A stretch of 64,000 nt of DNA, from assembly GCA_965240325.2 (NCBI GenBank), contig OZ251255.1, positions 62,001-126,000 of the forward strand, written 5' to 3'. Below are positions 35,001-47,529 of the stretch, in pieces. Every line of letters starts with the position of its first letter. The stretch's first letter is position 1. A program made the position numbers and the translations under genes. Source of the DNA: Rebecca billardiae RCC1528. Its lineage: Eukaryota > Protista > Haptophyta. The notes beneath the pieces were generated by a model, which saw only the letters and a program-made list of their open reading frames with translations, searched no databases and was not told the origin of the DNA.

Positions 35001-38000
35001 GCCGCCGCCACCGAGCCCGCCGCCGAGCCCGCCTCCGAGCCCGCCACCTGCGCTGCCGCCACCGAGCCCGCCGCCGAGCCCGCCTCCGTCGCCGCCACCT
35101 GCGCCGCCGCCACCGAGCCCGCCGCCGAGCCCGCCTCCGTCGCCGCCCCCGGCGCCGCCGCCACCGAGCCCTCCGCCGAGCCCGCCTCCGTCGCCGCCAC
35201 CTGCGCCGCCGCCACCGAGCCCGCCGCCGAGCCCGCCGCCGAGCCCGCCACCTGCGGCCCTGCCACCGAGCCCGCCGCCGAGCCCGCCTCCGTCGCCGCC
35301 ACCTGCGCCGCCGCCACCGAGCCCGCCGCCGAGCCCGCCTCCGTCGCCGCCACCTGCGCCGCCGCCACCGAGCCCGCCGCCGAGCCCGCCTCCGTCGCCG
35401 CCACCTGCGCCGCCGGCACCGAGCCCGCCGCCGAGCCCGCCTCCGTCGCCGCCACCTGCGCCGCCGCCACCGAGCCCGCCGCCGAGCCCGCCTCCGTCGC
35501 CGCCACCTGCGCCGCCGCCACCGAGCCCGCCGCCGAGCCCGCCTCCGTCGCCGCCACCGGCGCCGCCGCCACCGAGCCCGCCGCCGAGCCCGCCTCCGTC
35601 GCCGCCACCGGCGCCGCCGCCACCGAGCCCGCCGCCGAGCCCGCCTCCGTCGCCGCCACCGGCGCCGCCGCCACCGAGCCCGCCGCCGAGCCCGCCTCCG
35701 AGCCCGCCACCGGCGCCGCCGCCACCGAGCCCGCCGCCGAGGCCGCCTCCGTCGCCGCCACCGGCGCCGCCGCCACCGAGCCCGCCGCCGAGCCCGCCTC
35801 CGTCGCCGCCACCTGCGCCGCCGCCACCGAGCCCGCCGCCGAGCCCGCCTCCGTCGCCGCCACCTGCGCCGCCGCCACCGAGCCCGCCGCCGAGCCCGCC
35901 TCCGTCGCCGCCACCTGCGCCGCCGCCACCGAGCCCGCCGCCGAGCCCGCCTCCGAGCCCGCCACCGGCGCCGCCGCCACCGAGCCCGCCGCCGAGCCCG
36001 CCTCCGAGCCCACCACCTGCGCCGCCGCCACCGAGCCCGCCGCCGAGCCCGCCTCCGTCGCCGCCACCTGCGCCGCCGCCACCGAGCCAGCCGCCGAGCC
36101 CGCCCCCGTCGCCGCCCCCGGCGCCGCCGCCACCGAGCCCGCCGCCGAGCCCGCCTCCGTCGCCACCACCTGCGCCGCCGCCACCGAGCCCGCCGCCGAG
36201 CCCGCCTCCGTCGCCGCCACCTGCGCCGCCGCCACCGAGCCCGCCGCCGAGCCCGCCTCCGTCGCCGCCACCTGCGCTGCCGCCACCGAGCCCGCCGCCG
36301 AGCCCGCCTCCGTCGCCGCCACCTGCGCCGCCACCACCGAGCCCGCCGCCGAGCCCGCCTCCGTCGCCGCCACCTGCGCCGACACCCCTGAGCCCACCTC
36401 CGAGCCCGCCGCCCATGCTGCCGCCCTCGCAGCCGCCCTCGCAGCCGCCCTCGCAGCCGCCCTCGCAGCCGCCGGCACAGCCGCCCTCGCAGCCGTCGCC
36501 GCCACCGCCGAGCCTGCCGCCCTCGCCGCCGCCGCGCCCGCCGCCCTCGCCGCCGCCCTCCGCGCCGCCGAGCCCGCCTCCGTCGCCGCCACCTGCGCCG
36601 CCGCCACCGAGCCCGCCGCCGAGCCCGCCTCCGTCGCCGCCACCTGCGCCGCCGCCACCGAGCCCGCCGCCGAGCCCGCCTCCGTCGCCGCCACCGGCGC
36701 CGCCGCCACCGAGCCCGCCGCCGAGCCCGCCTCCGTCGCCGCCACCGGCGCCGCCGCCACCGAGCCCGCCGCCGAGCCCGCCTCCGTCGCCGCCACCGGC
36801 GCCGCCGCCACCGAGCCCGCCGCCGAGCCCGCCTCCGAGCCCGCCACCGGCGCCGCCGCCACCGAGCCCGCCGCCGAGGCCGCCTCCGTCGCCGCCACCG
36901 GCGCCGCCGCCACCGAGCCCGCCGCCGAGCCCGCCTCCGTCGCCGCCACCTGCGCTGCCGCCACCGAGCCCGCCGCCGAGCCCGCCTCCGTCGCCGCCAC
37001 CTGCGCCGCCACCACCGAGCCCGCCGCCGAGCCCGCCTCCGTCGCCGCCACCTGCGCCGACACCCCTGAGCCCACCTCCGAGCCCGCCGCCCATGCTGCC
37101 GCCCTCGCAGCCGCCCTCGCAGCCGCCCTCGCAGCCGCCCTCGCAGCCGCCGGCACAGCCGCCCTCGCAGCCGTCGCCGCCACCGCCGAGCCTGCCGCCC
37201 TCGCCGCCGCCGCGCCCGCCGCCCTCGCCGCCGCCCTCCGCGCCGCCGAGCCCGCCGCCGCCGCCGCCGCCGCCCTCGCTCGCTCGCGTGCAGCTCGACG
37301 GGCTCGAGCCGCTCGGCGCGCCGGTCGGCGCCGAGCCGCGCGCGGCCGACGGGTCGCACGAGATCACCTTCCGCGGCGTGGGCCTGGTCGGCGTGGGCGG
37401 CGGCGGCGTGTGCGTCTTCACGCCGCCGCCGCCCGCCGCGCCCGTCGTCGTCGGCGCGGCGCTCGGCGCGGACGGCCGCACGGCGCGCTGTCTGCTGCCG
37501 GCGTCCGCGCCCGCTGCGTCGTACTTGGCCGAGCTGCGGCTGGGCGGCGGCGCGCACGCCGTGCGCACGCTGTTCGGCGACGAGCTGCGCTTCGAGCTGT
37601 ACGACGCGACCGCGGTTCTCGTGTCCGCGCTGCGCCCGTCCGCCGGCCCGGTGCGCGGCGGCACGGTGGTGACGCTCGAGGGCGTTGGCTTTGCGCAGCA
37701 CGGCGCGGGCGAGTTGTGCTGCGTGCTGCCCGCGCTCGGCGGCGGCTGCGCGGCGCCCGCGGCGCTGCTCTCGCCGCTCGCCGACGGCACGGCGCGCGCG
37801 GCGTGCGCGCTGCCGCCGCTGCCGCGGCCGCCGCGGCCGCTCGCGCTCGAGCTCTCGCTCGGCGCCGGCCGCGCGAACACGACGAGCCGCTCGGGCGCGC
37901 CCTTCACGGCGTACGCGGACGGCGCGGCGGCCGTGCACGCGCTCGCGCCGCGCTCGGGCCCCGCGCGCGGCGGCACGGCGGTCACGGTGGTGGGCGCGGG

Positions 38001-41000
38001 CCTCGACGCGGGCGAGGGCCTCGCGCTGGCCTTTGCGTTCGGCGCCGGCGGCGCCGCCGTGCCGGCCGAGTGGGCCAACGGCACGCACGCGCTCGTGCGC
38101 ACGCCGCCGTCGGCGGAGGGGCGCGCGGCGGTGCGCGTCTCGCTCAACGGCGGCGCGCAGTACGAGCCCGCGGCCGGCGGCGCCGAGGGCGGCGCCGAGG
38201 GCGGCGCGTGGTTCGAGTTTATCGGGCTGCACGCGCCCGAGCCGCTCGGCGCGGCGTTCGACGGCGCGCTGCGCGTCGTGCGCGTGTGGTTTGGGCAGCA
38301 GCCGACCGACCGCGCGCGCATGGGCTCGGCGCTCGCGCCGTGCGAGTCGGTGCTCGACGACGACACGGTCGCGCTGCTGCGCGGGCCGGCGGTGGCGGCG
38401 GCCGCGCCCGCGCCGCGCTGCTACTGGGCGGACGACTCGACGCTCGTCGCGCAGCTCGGCAGCGGCACGCTCGCGCGGCCGGGCGCGCGCATCGGCGTGC
38501 GCGGCGGCGTGCTCGCGCCCGCCGCGTGCGCGCCCGCGCCGTGCGCCGAGCCGTCGCTGCTCGCGCCCGCCGCGGCCGTCGCCATCGACGCGGACGCGCC
38601 GTGCGAGCTCGGCGCGGCTGACGGCGGCGGCGGCGGCGCGTGCGCCGCGCCGCTCGCGGCGCTCTCGGGGCCGGCGGCGCTCTCCTCCGCGTGCGGCGCC
38701 GACGCGGACGGCAGCGTAACGCTCGACGGCAGCGGCTCGAGCGGCGGCGGCGTCGTGCCGCTCGACTTTGAGTGGCGGCTGGTGCCGCCCGCCTCGGAGG
38801 ACGGCGGCGCGGCCGAGGCGGCGAACGCGGCGCTCGCGGCGCTGCCGCCGCGCACGCCCACGCTCACGCTCGGCGCGGGGGGCGCGGCGCCGCTGCCCGG
38901 CGCGGGCGACTTCACCGTCGCGCTGCGCGTGCGCTCCTCACTGCTCGGCCTCGTGTCTGCGCCCGCGCACCACGTCGTGCGCCGCCCGGCCGCGCGCGCG
39001 CCGCGGCTGGCGGTCGGCGGCCCGGCGGTGCGCGTCGCGCGCGCGGGCTCCGAGCTGCTGCTGCACGCCGAGGCGGCGGCGTGCGGCGCGGGCGGCGCGC
39101 TCGGCTTCGCGTGGCGGCTTGTCTCGGTCGCGCCGCTCGGCGCGCCCAACGCGACGGCGCTCGGCGCGGCGGGCGCGGCCGCGCTCGGCGCGCGCGCGCC
39201 CGAGCTCGGCGGCGGCGCGGGCGCGCGCGCGGCGCTGCTGCTGCGGCCGCACGCGCTCAGCGCGGGCTTTGCGTACGAGCTCGAGGTGCGCGCGTGGGTG
39301 GCGGCGGCGGCGGACGGCGCGTCGAGCACGGCGCGCGTGCGCGTGCTCGTGGCCGCGCAGCCGGTGCGCGCCGTGCTCGGCGCCGCGTCGCTCGACGTGC
39401 GCGCGAGCGCCGCCACGCCGCTGCTCCTGCAGCCGGCGCAGCGCGCGAACGGCACGGCGAACGGCACGGCGGCGGTGCCCGGCTGCGAGCCCTTCGTGCT
39501 CGACGCCTCCGCCTCCGCCGACCCGGACCAGCCGGACGGCGCCGGCTCGCTCCGATTTGCGTGGGCGGCGCGCTCGCTCGATCTCGGCGCCGAGATCGCC
39601 CTGCCGGCGTGGGTTGACACGTCGCGCGCGGCGCTGGCGGTGCCGGCGGGCGCGCTGGGCGTGGGCACGTACGCGCTCGAGGTGACCGTCTCGCGCGCCG
39701 CGGCCGCGGCCGGCGCCGCCGCCGCGCACGCCGTCGCGCGCGCGACCGTGCGCGTGGTGCCGTCCGCGCGCCCGCTGCCCGCCATCGCCATCGCGCCGCC
39801 GCGCGGCGGCCGCCCGCCGAGCGCGGCGTGGGCGCTGCCGTCGAAGCGGCTGAGCGTGCGCGCGAGCGTCGGCCTCGGCACGCCCGACCCCGCCGCGCCG
39901 GGCGGCGCGTGGGCGTGGGCCGAGCGCGACTTCAACCTCAGCTGGAGCGCGCGGCCGCTCAGCGGGCCCGACGCCGACGCCGACGGCGCGGGCGGCGCGG
40001 ACGGCGGCGCGGTCTCCGCGCCCGACCTGTCGGACGCGGCGCGCGTGACGACGACGGGCGCGCTCGGCGCGGTGCTCGCCTTCCGCTCGGGCGCGCTGGC
40101 GCCCGGCGGCCGCTACGCGCTCACGCTCAGCGCGACGCTCGCGCCCGCCACCGCCGAGCGCGCGGCCGCGGCCGCGCGGCTGGGCGTGCTCGGCGCCTCT
40201 GCCGCGGCGACGCTCGTGCTGGCGCTCAACCGGCCGCCGCACGGGGGCGGCGTGGGCGTGGAGCCGCGCGCGGGCGTGGCGCTGCGCACGCCCTTCGCAC
40301 TCGCCGCGCCCGGCTGGAGCGACGACGACGACGACGACCTGCCGCTCTCCTACGCGTTTGGGCACGCGGCCGACGCCGCCGACGGCGCCGCCGCCGAGGG
40401 CACCGCGCTGGCGGACGCGCGCGCGGCGCCGTGGCTGCTGCGCGTCGCGCTGCCGCCGGGCAACGGCTCGGTGCTCGTGGACGTGTGCGACGCGCACGGC
40501 GCGTGCGCGCGCGCCGCGACGAGCGTCGCCGTCGCGCACCCCGCCGCCGCCGCAGCCGCCGCCGAGTTTGCGGCCGCGCTCGGCGCCGCGCGCGCGAGCG
40601 CGGCCGCGGGCCAGCTCTCGAGCGCGCGCCGGCAGCTGCGCGCGCTCGCTGAGATGCTCGGCGCGGGCGCGGGCGGGAACGGCACGCTCGCCGCCGCGGC
40701 CGCGTCGCGCGAGCTGCTCGACCTCGGCGCGCAGCTGCTCGCCGCCGAGGCGGCGGGCGGTGGCGGCGGCTCGAGCGCGGCGGCGCGCGCGCAGGCGGCG
40801 GGCGCGCTCGCCGCCGTGCTCGCCGCCGCGCCCGCCGCCGCGCTCGACGGCGCCGCGCGCGCGTCGGCGCTCGCGCAGGCGGGCGCGATCGCCGCCGCCG
40901 CCGCGGAGTCGGGGCTCGGCGCCACCGCCGCCGCCGACCTGCTCGGCGCGATGGACGCCGCGCTCGCGCGCGGCGGCGGCGCGGGCGCGGACGCGGACGC

Positions 41001-44000
41001 GGCCGCGGACGCCGAGGCAATCGGCGCGGCGGCGCGCGCGGCCGCGTCGGCGCTGGCGGGCGCGCTGCTCGCCGGCGCGGCGCCGGGCGAGCCGCCCGCG
41101 TCCGCGGCGGGCGTCGCCGTCGCCGTCGCCGCCGCGCGCGCCGCCGCGTCGGCGCTCGAGGCGCAGGGCGCGACGCTCGGCGGCTCAGACGGCGGCGGCG
41201 TTGGCGGCGGCGGCGGCGGCTTGGTCTCGGTGCCGCCTGGCGTGCTGAGCGGCTCGGGGCTGGCGTTGGGCGCGCTGGGCGGCGGCGTGGACCTCGTGGT
41301 GTACTCGGTCGCGCGCAACGTGCGGCCCGGCGCGGCGCTGCCGCTCGGCGCCAACGGCACCGCCCTCGCCTCGCGCGTCTTCTCCGTCACGCTCTGGCCC
41401 GCGCCCGGCGGCGGCGGCGGCGGCGGCGGCGCGGGCGGCGCTGAGGCTCTGAGCATCGCCGGACTGGAGGCGCCCATCGTGCTCGGGCTGCCAAGGCGCG
41501 GCGGCGTGGGGCTCCCCGCCGCGCCGCCGCTGCAGTACGCCCCGAGCGGCACGTGCGCCGAGTGGCTGCCGCCCGGCTGCGCGCACGGCGCGGACGCGGG
41601 CGCGGACGCGGACGCTGCGGAGGCGGCGGCGGCGGCGGCGGCGGCGGAGGCGGGCTGCGCGGTGTGCGGCGGGCGCGGCGCGTGCGTGCGCGAGCACCCG
41701 GGCGCGAACGGCACGGGCGGCGGCGGCGGTGGCGCGTGCGCGTGCGAGCCGCCCTTCTACGGCCCCGGCTGCGGCGCGCTCGACGCGTGCCACTGGTGGG
41801 ACGAGGCCGCGGCCGCGTGGTCCACCGCGGGCTGTGAGACGGTGGCCGCCGGGCCTGCAGCCGCCGCCGCCGCCGACTCGTCGCTGCTCTGGTGCGCGTG
41901 CACGCACCTCACCGAGTTTGCGGGGATCGCCGTGCAGCTGCCGAGCACCGAGGCCGCGGCGGCGGAGGAGGCGGCGGGCGCGGTGCGCCCCAACACCTTC
42001 TCCGCCGCGCACGCCGCCGCCGTCCTCGCCACGCCCGCCGCCGGGCAGCGCGACAACCCGACCGTGTACCGGCTGGTGTACCTGCTCGGCGCGGCGAACG
42101 CGCTCGCGCTGCTGGCGGGCGCGGCGCTGGACGCGCGCGCGCGCCGGGAGTACCTCGCGTGGCGCGCGCGCGAGGTGGGCACGGCGGGGCACGTCTCGAA
42201 GCTCGCGGCGGCGCGCGAGCGGCTGCAGCACGAGTCGACGCAGGCCACGCCCGCGGGCGGGCGCGGCACGCTCGCCGCCGCGACCGCGCTGACCGACGCG
42301 GCGGCGGCGGTGGGCGCGCGCGGCGAGCGCGCGCGCGCGCGCGCGCGCGAGCGCCGCACCTCCGACGGCGCCGACGAGGCGGAGGCGGAGGCGTCGGACG
42401 GCGGCGGCGCGCGCCCCCGCCGCGCGAGCGCGCGCGTGCGCCCGCTCCGCCGCTCGCCCCGCCACTCGGCGGCGCCGCCCTCGCCGCAGGCCTCGGACGG
42501 CGCCTCGGCCACGCAGCTGCGGCTGGCGCCGCAGCTGCAGCGCTCCTCCTCCGTCGACACGGCGACGAGCGAGGGCGCGGGCGGCGGCGGCGCCTCGCCG
42601 CCGCGCGCGCGCGCCGACGGCGGCGGCTCAGAGCCAGCGACGCGCGGCGGCGGCGGCGGCGGCAGCCCGGCGCGCTCGGCCGCGCCGGGCTCGGCGCGCG
42701 CCTCCTCCCCCGCCGCGTTGGACATCCGGCTCGCGCCCGCGCCCGCGCCCGCGCCCGCGCGCCGCGGCGGCGCGCGCGCCGCGGTCGGCCCCGCCGACGA
42801 CGACTCGGCCGGCGGCGCTCGCTGCCGCAGCGCCACCGAGCGTGTCACGCCGACGCGCTGCTCCCCGCAGCCCCCGCCGGCGGTGGCGGCGCTGCGCGGC
42901 TCCGCGCGCAGCTCGGCGCGCTCATCGCCGCTGCCGCTCGCGCATGAGCGGTTTGGAAAGTCCGCGCGCTGGGACTCGGGCTCGGGGCGACGCGCCGCGC
43001 CGCCCAGCTCGCGCGCGCAGGCGTGGCGCGCGCGCGCGCGTGACGCGCTGCTGGCCGTGGCCGACGGTCACACGGCGCTGGGGCTGTTGCTCGCGCCCGC
43101 CGAGGCGTTCCCGCGCCGCGCCGAGCTCGTGCAGACGCTCTTCAACATGGGCGCGCTGCAGCTGGTCGCCGAGTGCGTGCTCTACTCGGACGGCGGCGCA
43201 CAGCGCGCCCACGCCGCCGGTGCGACGGCGGAGGCGGCGGCCGAGGGCGGCGAGGGCGGCGGCGCGGAGGGCGTGCGCCCGCTGACCGTCGCGCTCTACG
43301 CCGCGCTCGGCGCGCTGCTCGCCGGCCCCGCGCTCGGCCTCTTCAACGCGCTCTGGGCGACGTGCGGCGCGCGCGCGCGCGCCGCGCCCGCGCGCCGGCT
43401 GTACCGCGGGCTGCACGCGCTCGTCTCGCAGCGCGCCACCGAGGCGGAGGCGGCGGCGGCGCGCGCGGCGCGCGCCAAGGCGGCGCTCGCGGCGCGCGGC
43501 GCGGCGGGCGACGCGCCGCCCTCGCCCGCGCGCGCGCCCTGGCGCCGCGCCGCCGCCTCGCCGCGCGCCGCGGTGCTGCAGGCCGCGAGCACGCTGCTCG
43601 CGTGCGCGCGCACCTCGCGCGGCGGCGGCGCGCCGCAGCCGACGCCGGCGCGCGGCAGCGAGGCCGCGCCGCCCGACGAGGCGGACGACGCTGCGGGCGG
43701 GTGCGGCTCGACGGCGCGCGCGGTCGCGGGCGCGCGCGCACCCGCCGGCGGCGCGCCGCCGGCCGGCCGCCTCGCGCCGCTGCGCGTGGCGGTGCCCTCC
43801 GCCTCCGCCTCCGCCTCCGCCTCGTCCGCGCCGTCGCTCTCGCCGCCGCGCGCCGCCGGCGCGCGGCAGCAGCCGCGCGCGGGCTCGGAGCGCGGCTCGC
43901 CGCACCGCGCGGCCGTGCCGCGCACGCTGCCGCCGCTCGGCACGCCGCCCTCGGCGGGTGGCGGCGTGCACTCGCGCACGCCGCCGCCGCCGCCGCCGAC

Positions 44001-45503
44001 GACCGTGCCGCCGCCGCCGCCGCGCGCGCCGCACGCGCCCGCCGCCGCGTCGCCGCCGCTCGGCGCGCGCCGGCCGAGCACCCTGCCGCCGCCCACCGCC
44101 GCCGCCGCTCAGCGGCAGCCGCCGGGCGGCTGGCGCAGCGAGGGTGCCGAGGGCGGCGAGGAGGGAGCCGAGCCCCTCAGCGTCGTGGTCGTGCCCATCG
44201 GCACGCCCACGCCCACGCCCGCGACCGCGGCCTCGCTGGTGCCGGCGGCGGACGCGCCCGCGGCGGCGGGCGCGGCGGCGGCGCGTCCGCCCGGTCCGCC
44301 CTGGGCGTGCCGCGCGGCGGAGGCGCTGCCGCCGCCGGGCGCGCAGCGCGCGCCGCGGGCGCACGCCGAGCGGCCGCAGAGCGCGGCGGGCGCTGCGGCG
44401 GCGGCGCCGGGCGGCCGCGCCCACGGCCGCGTGCTGCCGTGCGCGCCGCTGCGGCCGGCCGGCGCCGCCGCCGCGGGCGGCGCGCCCGAGCTGCTCGCAC
44501 CGCCGCTGGCGGCGCGCGCGCCCGCGCGGCCCACCTCGGCCGCGCCCGCGCTGCGCTCGCCCGGCGCCGGCGCAGCGGCCGCGCGCGCCGCGCGCGCCTC
44601 CGCCCTCTCCGACGTCTCGGCGTGCTCCGAGCTCTCCGGAGCGTCCGGACAGTCCGGAGCGTCCGGAGCGTCGGGCTGCTCCTCGGGGGACGAGGACGCG
44701 GCCGAGGGCGTGCGAATTGCGCCGCAGCTCTCCGAGGGGGCGGCGCAGCCGCAGGGGCCGGCGCAGGCGGGGGCGGAGGTGGGGGCGGAGGCCGACGCCG
44801 ACGCCGGGCGGCGCGTCGAGGCGGAGGCGGAGGCGGAGGCGGCAGCGGAGGCGGACGGGCGGCGCGCCGCGGTGCGCGCCGCCCACTGCGCGGCGTCGCC
44901 GCGGCCGAGCGCTGCCGAGCCGGCGGCGGCGGCGGCGGCCGCGTGCGGAGGCGAGCCCGAGCCCGAGCCCGAGGTCGAGGTCGAGGTCGTGGGCCCCGCG
45001 AGTGACGCGGACTTCTTCGGGCCCGCCATTGTGCTCGGGCACACGGCGCCGCGCTCGGCCGGCGGCACGAGCGCGCGCGGCTCGGCGAGCGGCGCGGCGG
45101 CGGGCTCGGTGCCAGGCTCGGCGCGCGGCGGCGCGGGCGCGACGCCGCGCGCGACGCCGGGCTCGTGGCGCCAGCCGCAGCACGCGGCGCCCGGCTCGGC
45201 GCGCTCCGGCGGCAGCGGCGCGTGCAGCGCGCGGCGCGCCGTCGCGCCCGGCAGCGCGCGCGGCGCGTGCGCCGAGCCGGCCGCACGGCTGGTTGCGGCG
45301 GGCTCCGCGCGCATCAGCGCGGCCGCGATCGCCGCGGCCGCGGCAGAGGAGGACGACGACGACGACGACGGCGACGTGGACGCGCCCGCGCGCCCGCCGC
45401 CGCCGCCGCCGCCGCGCGCGCCGCCCGCCGCGCCCGACTCGCGCCGCGCCTCCGTCGGCTCCACCGCCACCGCCGCGCCGCGCCGCGGCCCGCGCCCGCC
45501 AAC

Positions 45504-45549
<46 letters not shown>

Positions 45550-45694
45550 CGCGCGCGCGCGCCCGCGCGGCGCCGCTCGCGCAACCCGGCGCCGCCGCTC
45601 GCGCCGCGGCCGAGCGCGATCGCGCGCGCGGGCTCGGCCGCGGACGTCGGCCCCCCGCAGACCAGCGGCCGGGTGGGCATCGACGGCCGCCGCC

Positions 45695-45725
<31 letters not shown>

Positions 45726-47211
45726 GCCGGCAGCTGGGAGCACGCGCCGAGCCACCATCGCCGCCACCTCCGGCGCCGCCGCCGCCGCCGCCGCCGCCGC
45801 GGCGGCGGAGGCGGTCGCGGGCGGGTACAGCGCGCGCGGCGGGCTGCACGGCGCGGGCAGCAGCAGCCGCAGCGCCGCCGACCTGCGCGCCGCCGTGCCC
45901 AGGGCCGTCGGCGGCGTCGCGACGCGCGGCGAGCTGCGCGCGGCCGCGCACCGCGCCGCGCGGCGCGGCGGCTGGGACCAGGTGGTCGCGCCGGTGACGG
46001 CCGACCTGCCGCTCGGGCTGGCGGGGCGCGCGGCGGACGGCGCGTCGCCGCGCGCGGGCGCGTCGCTCACGCCGCCGTCGCTCGGCTCGAGCCGCGCGAC
46101 GCCGCCGGGCGGCGGCAGCGCGGCCAACTCGCCGCCGCCCTCGCCGCCGCGCCCGGCCTCGCCCAGCCCGCCCGCGCGCGCGCGGCCGGCGCTGCCGCCC
46201 CTCACGCCGCGCCGCGCCGCCGCCGCCGCCGCCGCCGCCGCGCCCGCCGCCGCCGCCGAGCGCGCCGCGCCGCCGCGCGCGCCGAGCGCGCCGAGCGCGC
46301 CGCCCGCCGCGCCCGCGGCCGCCGCCGCGCCCGCGGGCAGCGGCGGCGGCGCGCCGCGCCGCCGCCCGTCGCTCCGGCTGCTGCGCGGCCGCGGCAGCAG
46401 CAGCCGCAGCAGCAGCAGCCAGCGGCAGCAGGACGGCGCGGCGGCGCAGCAGCCGGGCGGGTGCGGAGCCGGCGCGGGCGCGCGCGCGCCCACCGGCACC
46501 TCCTCGGGCTCCGTCAGCGCGCGCTCGCACAGCAGCGCGTCGGACGACGCCGCCTCGGTCGCCTCGGCCGAGCTGCACGCGCTGCGCGTCGCCTTCAAGA
46601 TGTACGACCTCTCGGGCAGCGGCGCGCTCGACGCGGCCGAGGTGGGCGTGCTCATGACCGAGCTGGGCGAGCCGCTCACACTCATCGAGCGGCGCAGGCT
46701 CACGCACGAGCTCGCGGCGGTGCCGCTGCGCGGCGCGGGGCAGGCGCCCGTCGCGGGTCGCGTGCTTGAGTCACAGCTCGTGCGCTGGTACGCGGCGCGG
46801 CGCGAGGCGCACGCGCGCCGCCGGCGCCGGCGCGGCGGCGGCGCCGCGGCCGGCGCGGCCGACGACGACGACGTCACGTCGGGCCGCGCGCACTGGCGGC
46901 TGCGCGCGCTCGCCGCGTGCGCGTGGGCCGCGATGCTCGGCACGTTCGTCGGGCTGTGCGCCCTCGTGATCGTGTACGGCCGCCTCTTCGGCGAGGCCCA
47001 GACGCGCGCGATGATCGGCTCGTGGGGCGGCGCGCTGCTCGGCGCGCTGCTCGTGCACGAGCCCGCGCTGCTGCTCGCCGCGCACGCGGGGCCCAGCCTC
47101 GCGCACGCCGCCAACCGGCTGGTCGCGCGCTCGGACCGCGCGCTCGTCGGCGCGATGGGCGCGGCGATCGCGCGCGCGCTCAGCGCGCTGCACTTCATCT
47201 TCCGCGGATGA
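26030..47211 (+). CDS. Giant (~6,660 aa) polycystin-1/REJ-like receptor: signal, RCC1 propeller, 2x LRR, Ser-Pro stalk, IPT/TIG, PKD/REJ, EGF, GPS, TMs, EF-hand. Introns 26461-26632, 27008-27286, 27647-27850, 28031-28343, 29004-29117, 30237-30350
   Basis: Spliced length of 19,986 nt is in frame. Seven xCWG/CFG RCC1 blades; plant-type LRR (LTGTLPTELG); PSAGPVRGGT.VT IPT; LDASASADPD and NRPPHGG..V.P..G.AL.T.F...A.GWSD REJ motifs; CACEPPFYGPGC EGF; CHWWDE...WS..GC...CACTHL|TEFA GPS; AFKMYDLSGSGALDAAE EF-hand; PKD1-like YGRLFG...W...EP TM region. Confidence 0.85.
28489..30770 (+). repeat. Near-perfect internal tandem duplication (period 1,233 bp) containing the LRR cassette and its intron
   Basis: 28489-29537 recurs at 29722-30770, including the 114-nt intron. 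Confidence 0.95.
30960..37270 (+). repeat. Coding minisatellite, 51-bp unit (SPPPSPPPSPPPAPPPP), >100 copies, with a 678-bp higher-order duplication at the 3' end
   Basis: Unit cctgcgccgccgccaccgagcccgccgccgagcccgcctccgtcgccgcca; variant block GACACCCCTGAG at 36381 and 37059. Confidence 0.97.
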
Positions 47212-47529
47212 GTCGTCCGCCCGATCGAGTGAGACAGCGCGCGGCCTCGGCGCCGCTGATGATGCAGTCGGCAGCGCGCGCTGCTCTGAGCAGCAGCTGC
47301 TGAGCCGGAGCGTAGACGAGGCTCTGACTCAGTCTGACCGGCGGCATAGCCGCGACGACGACGCATATATCACCAGCTAGCAGCCCATGGCATATCATCC
47401 GACGCCATCACAGTAGTCACGCAGGGCGCGGGCGCCTGGCCGCCGCGGGGCCGGGGCCCGGCGGGCCGTCCGCGCGGCCCGCCTGACTCCGGGCCGGGCG
47501 CCGGCGCCTCGACCGAGCAGTGATATGCT

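Noticed and set aside
27708-38621. Huge alternative-frame and antisense ORFs (3637, 3360, 2238 and 1234 aa; also 58443-63968 on the - strand)
   Set aside because: They are shadows of the stop-free Ser-Pro repeat; recognisable domains continue only in the Pro frame.
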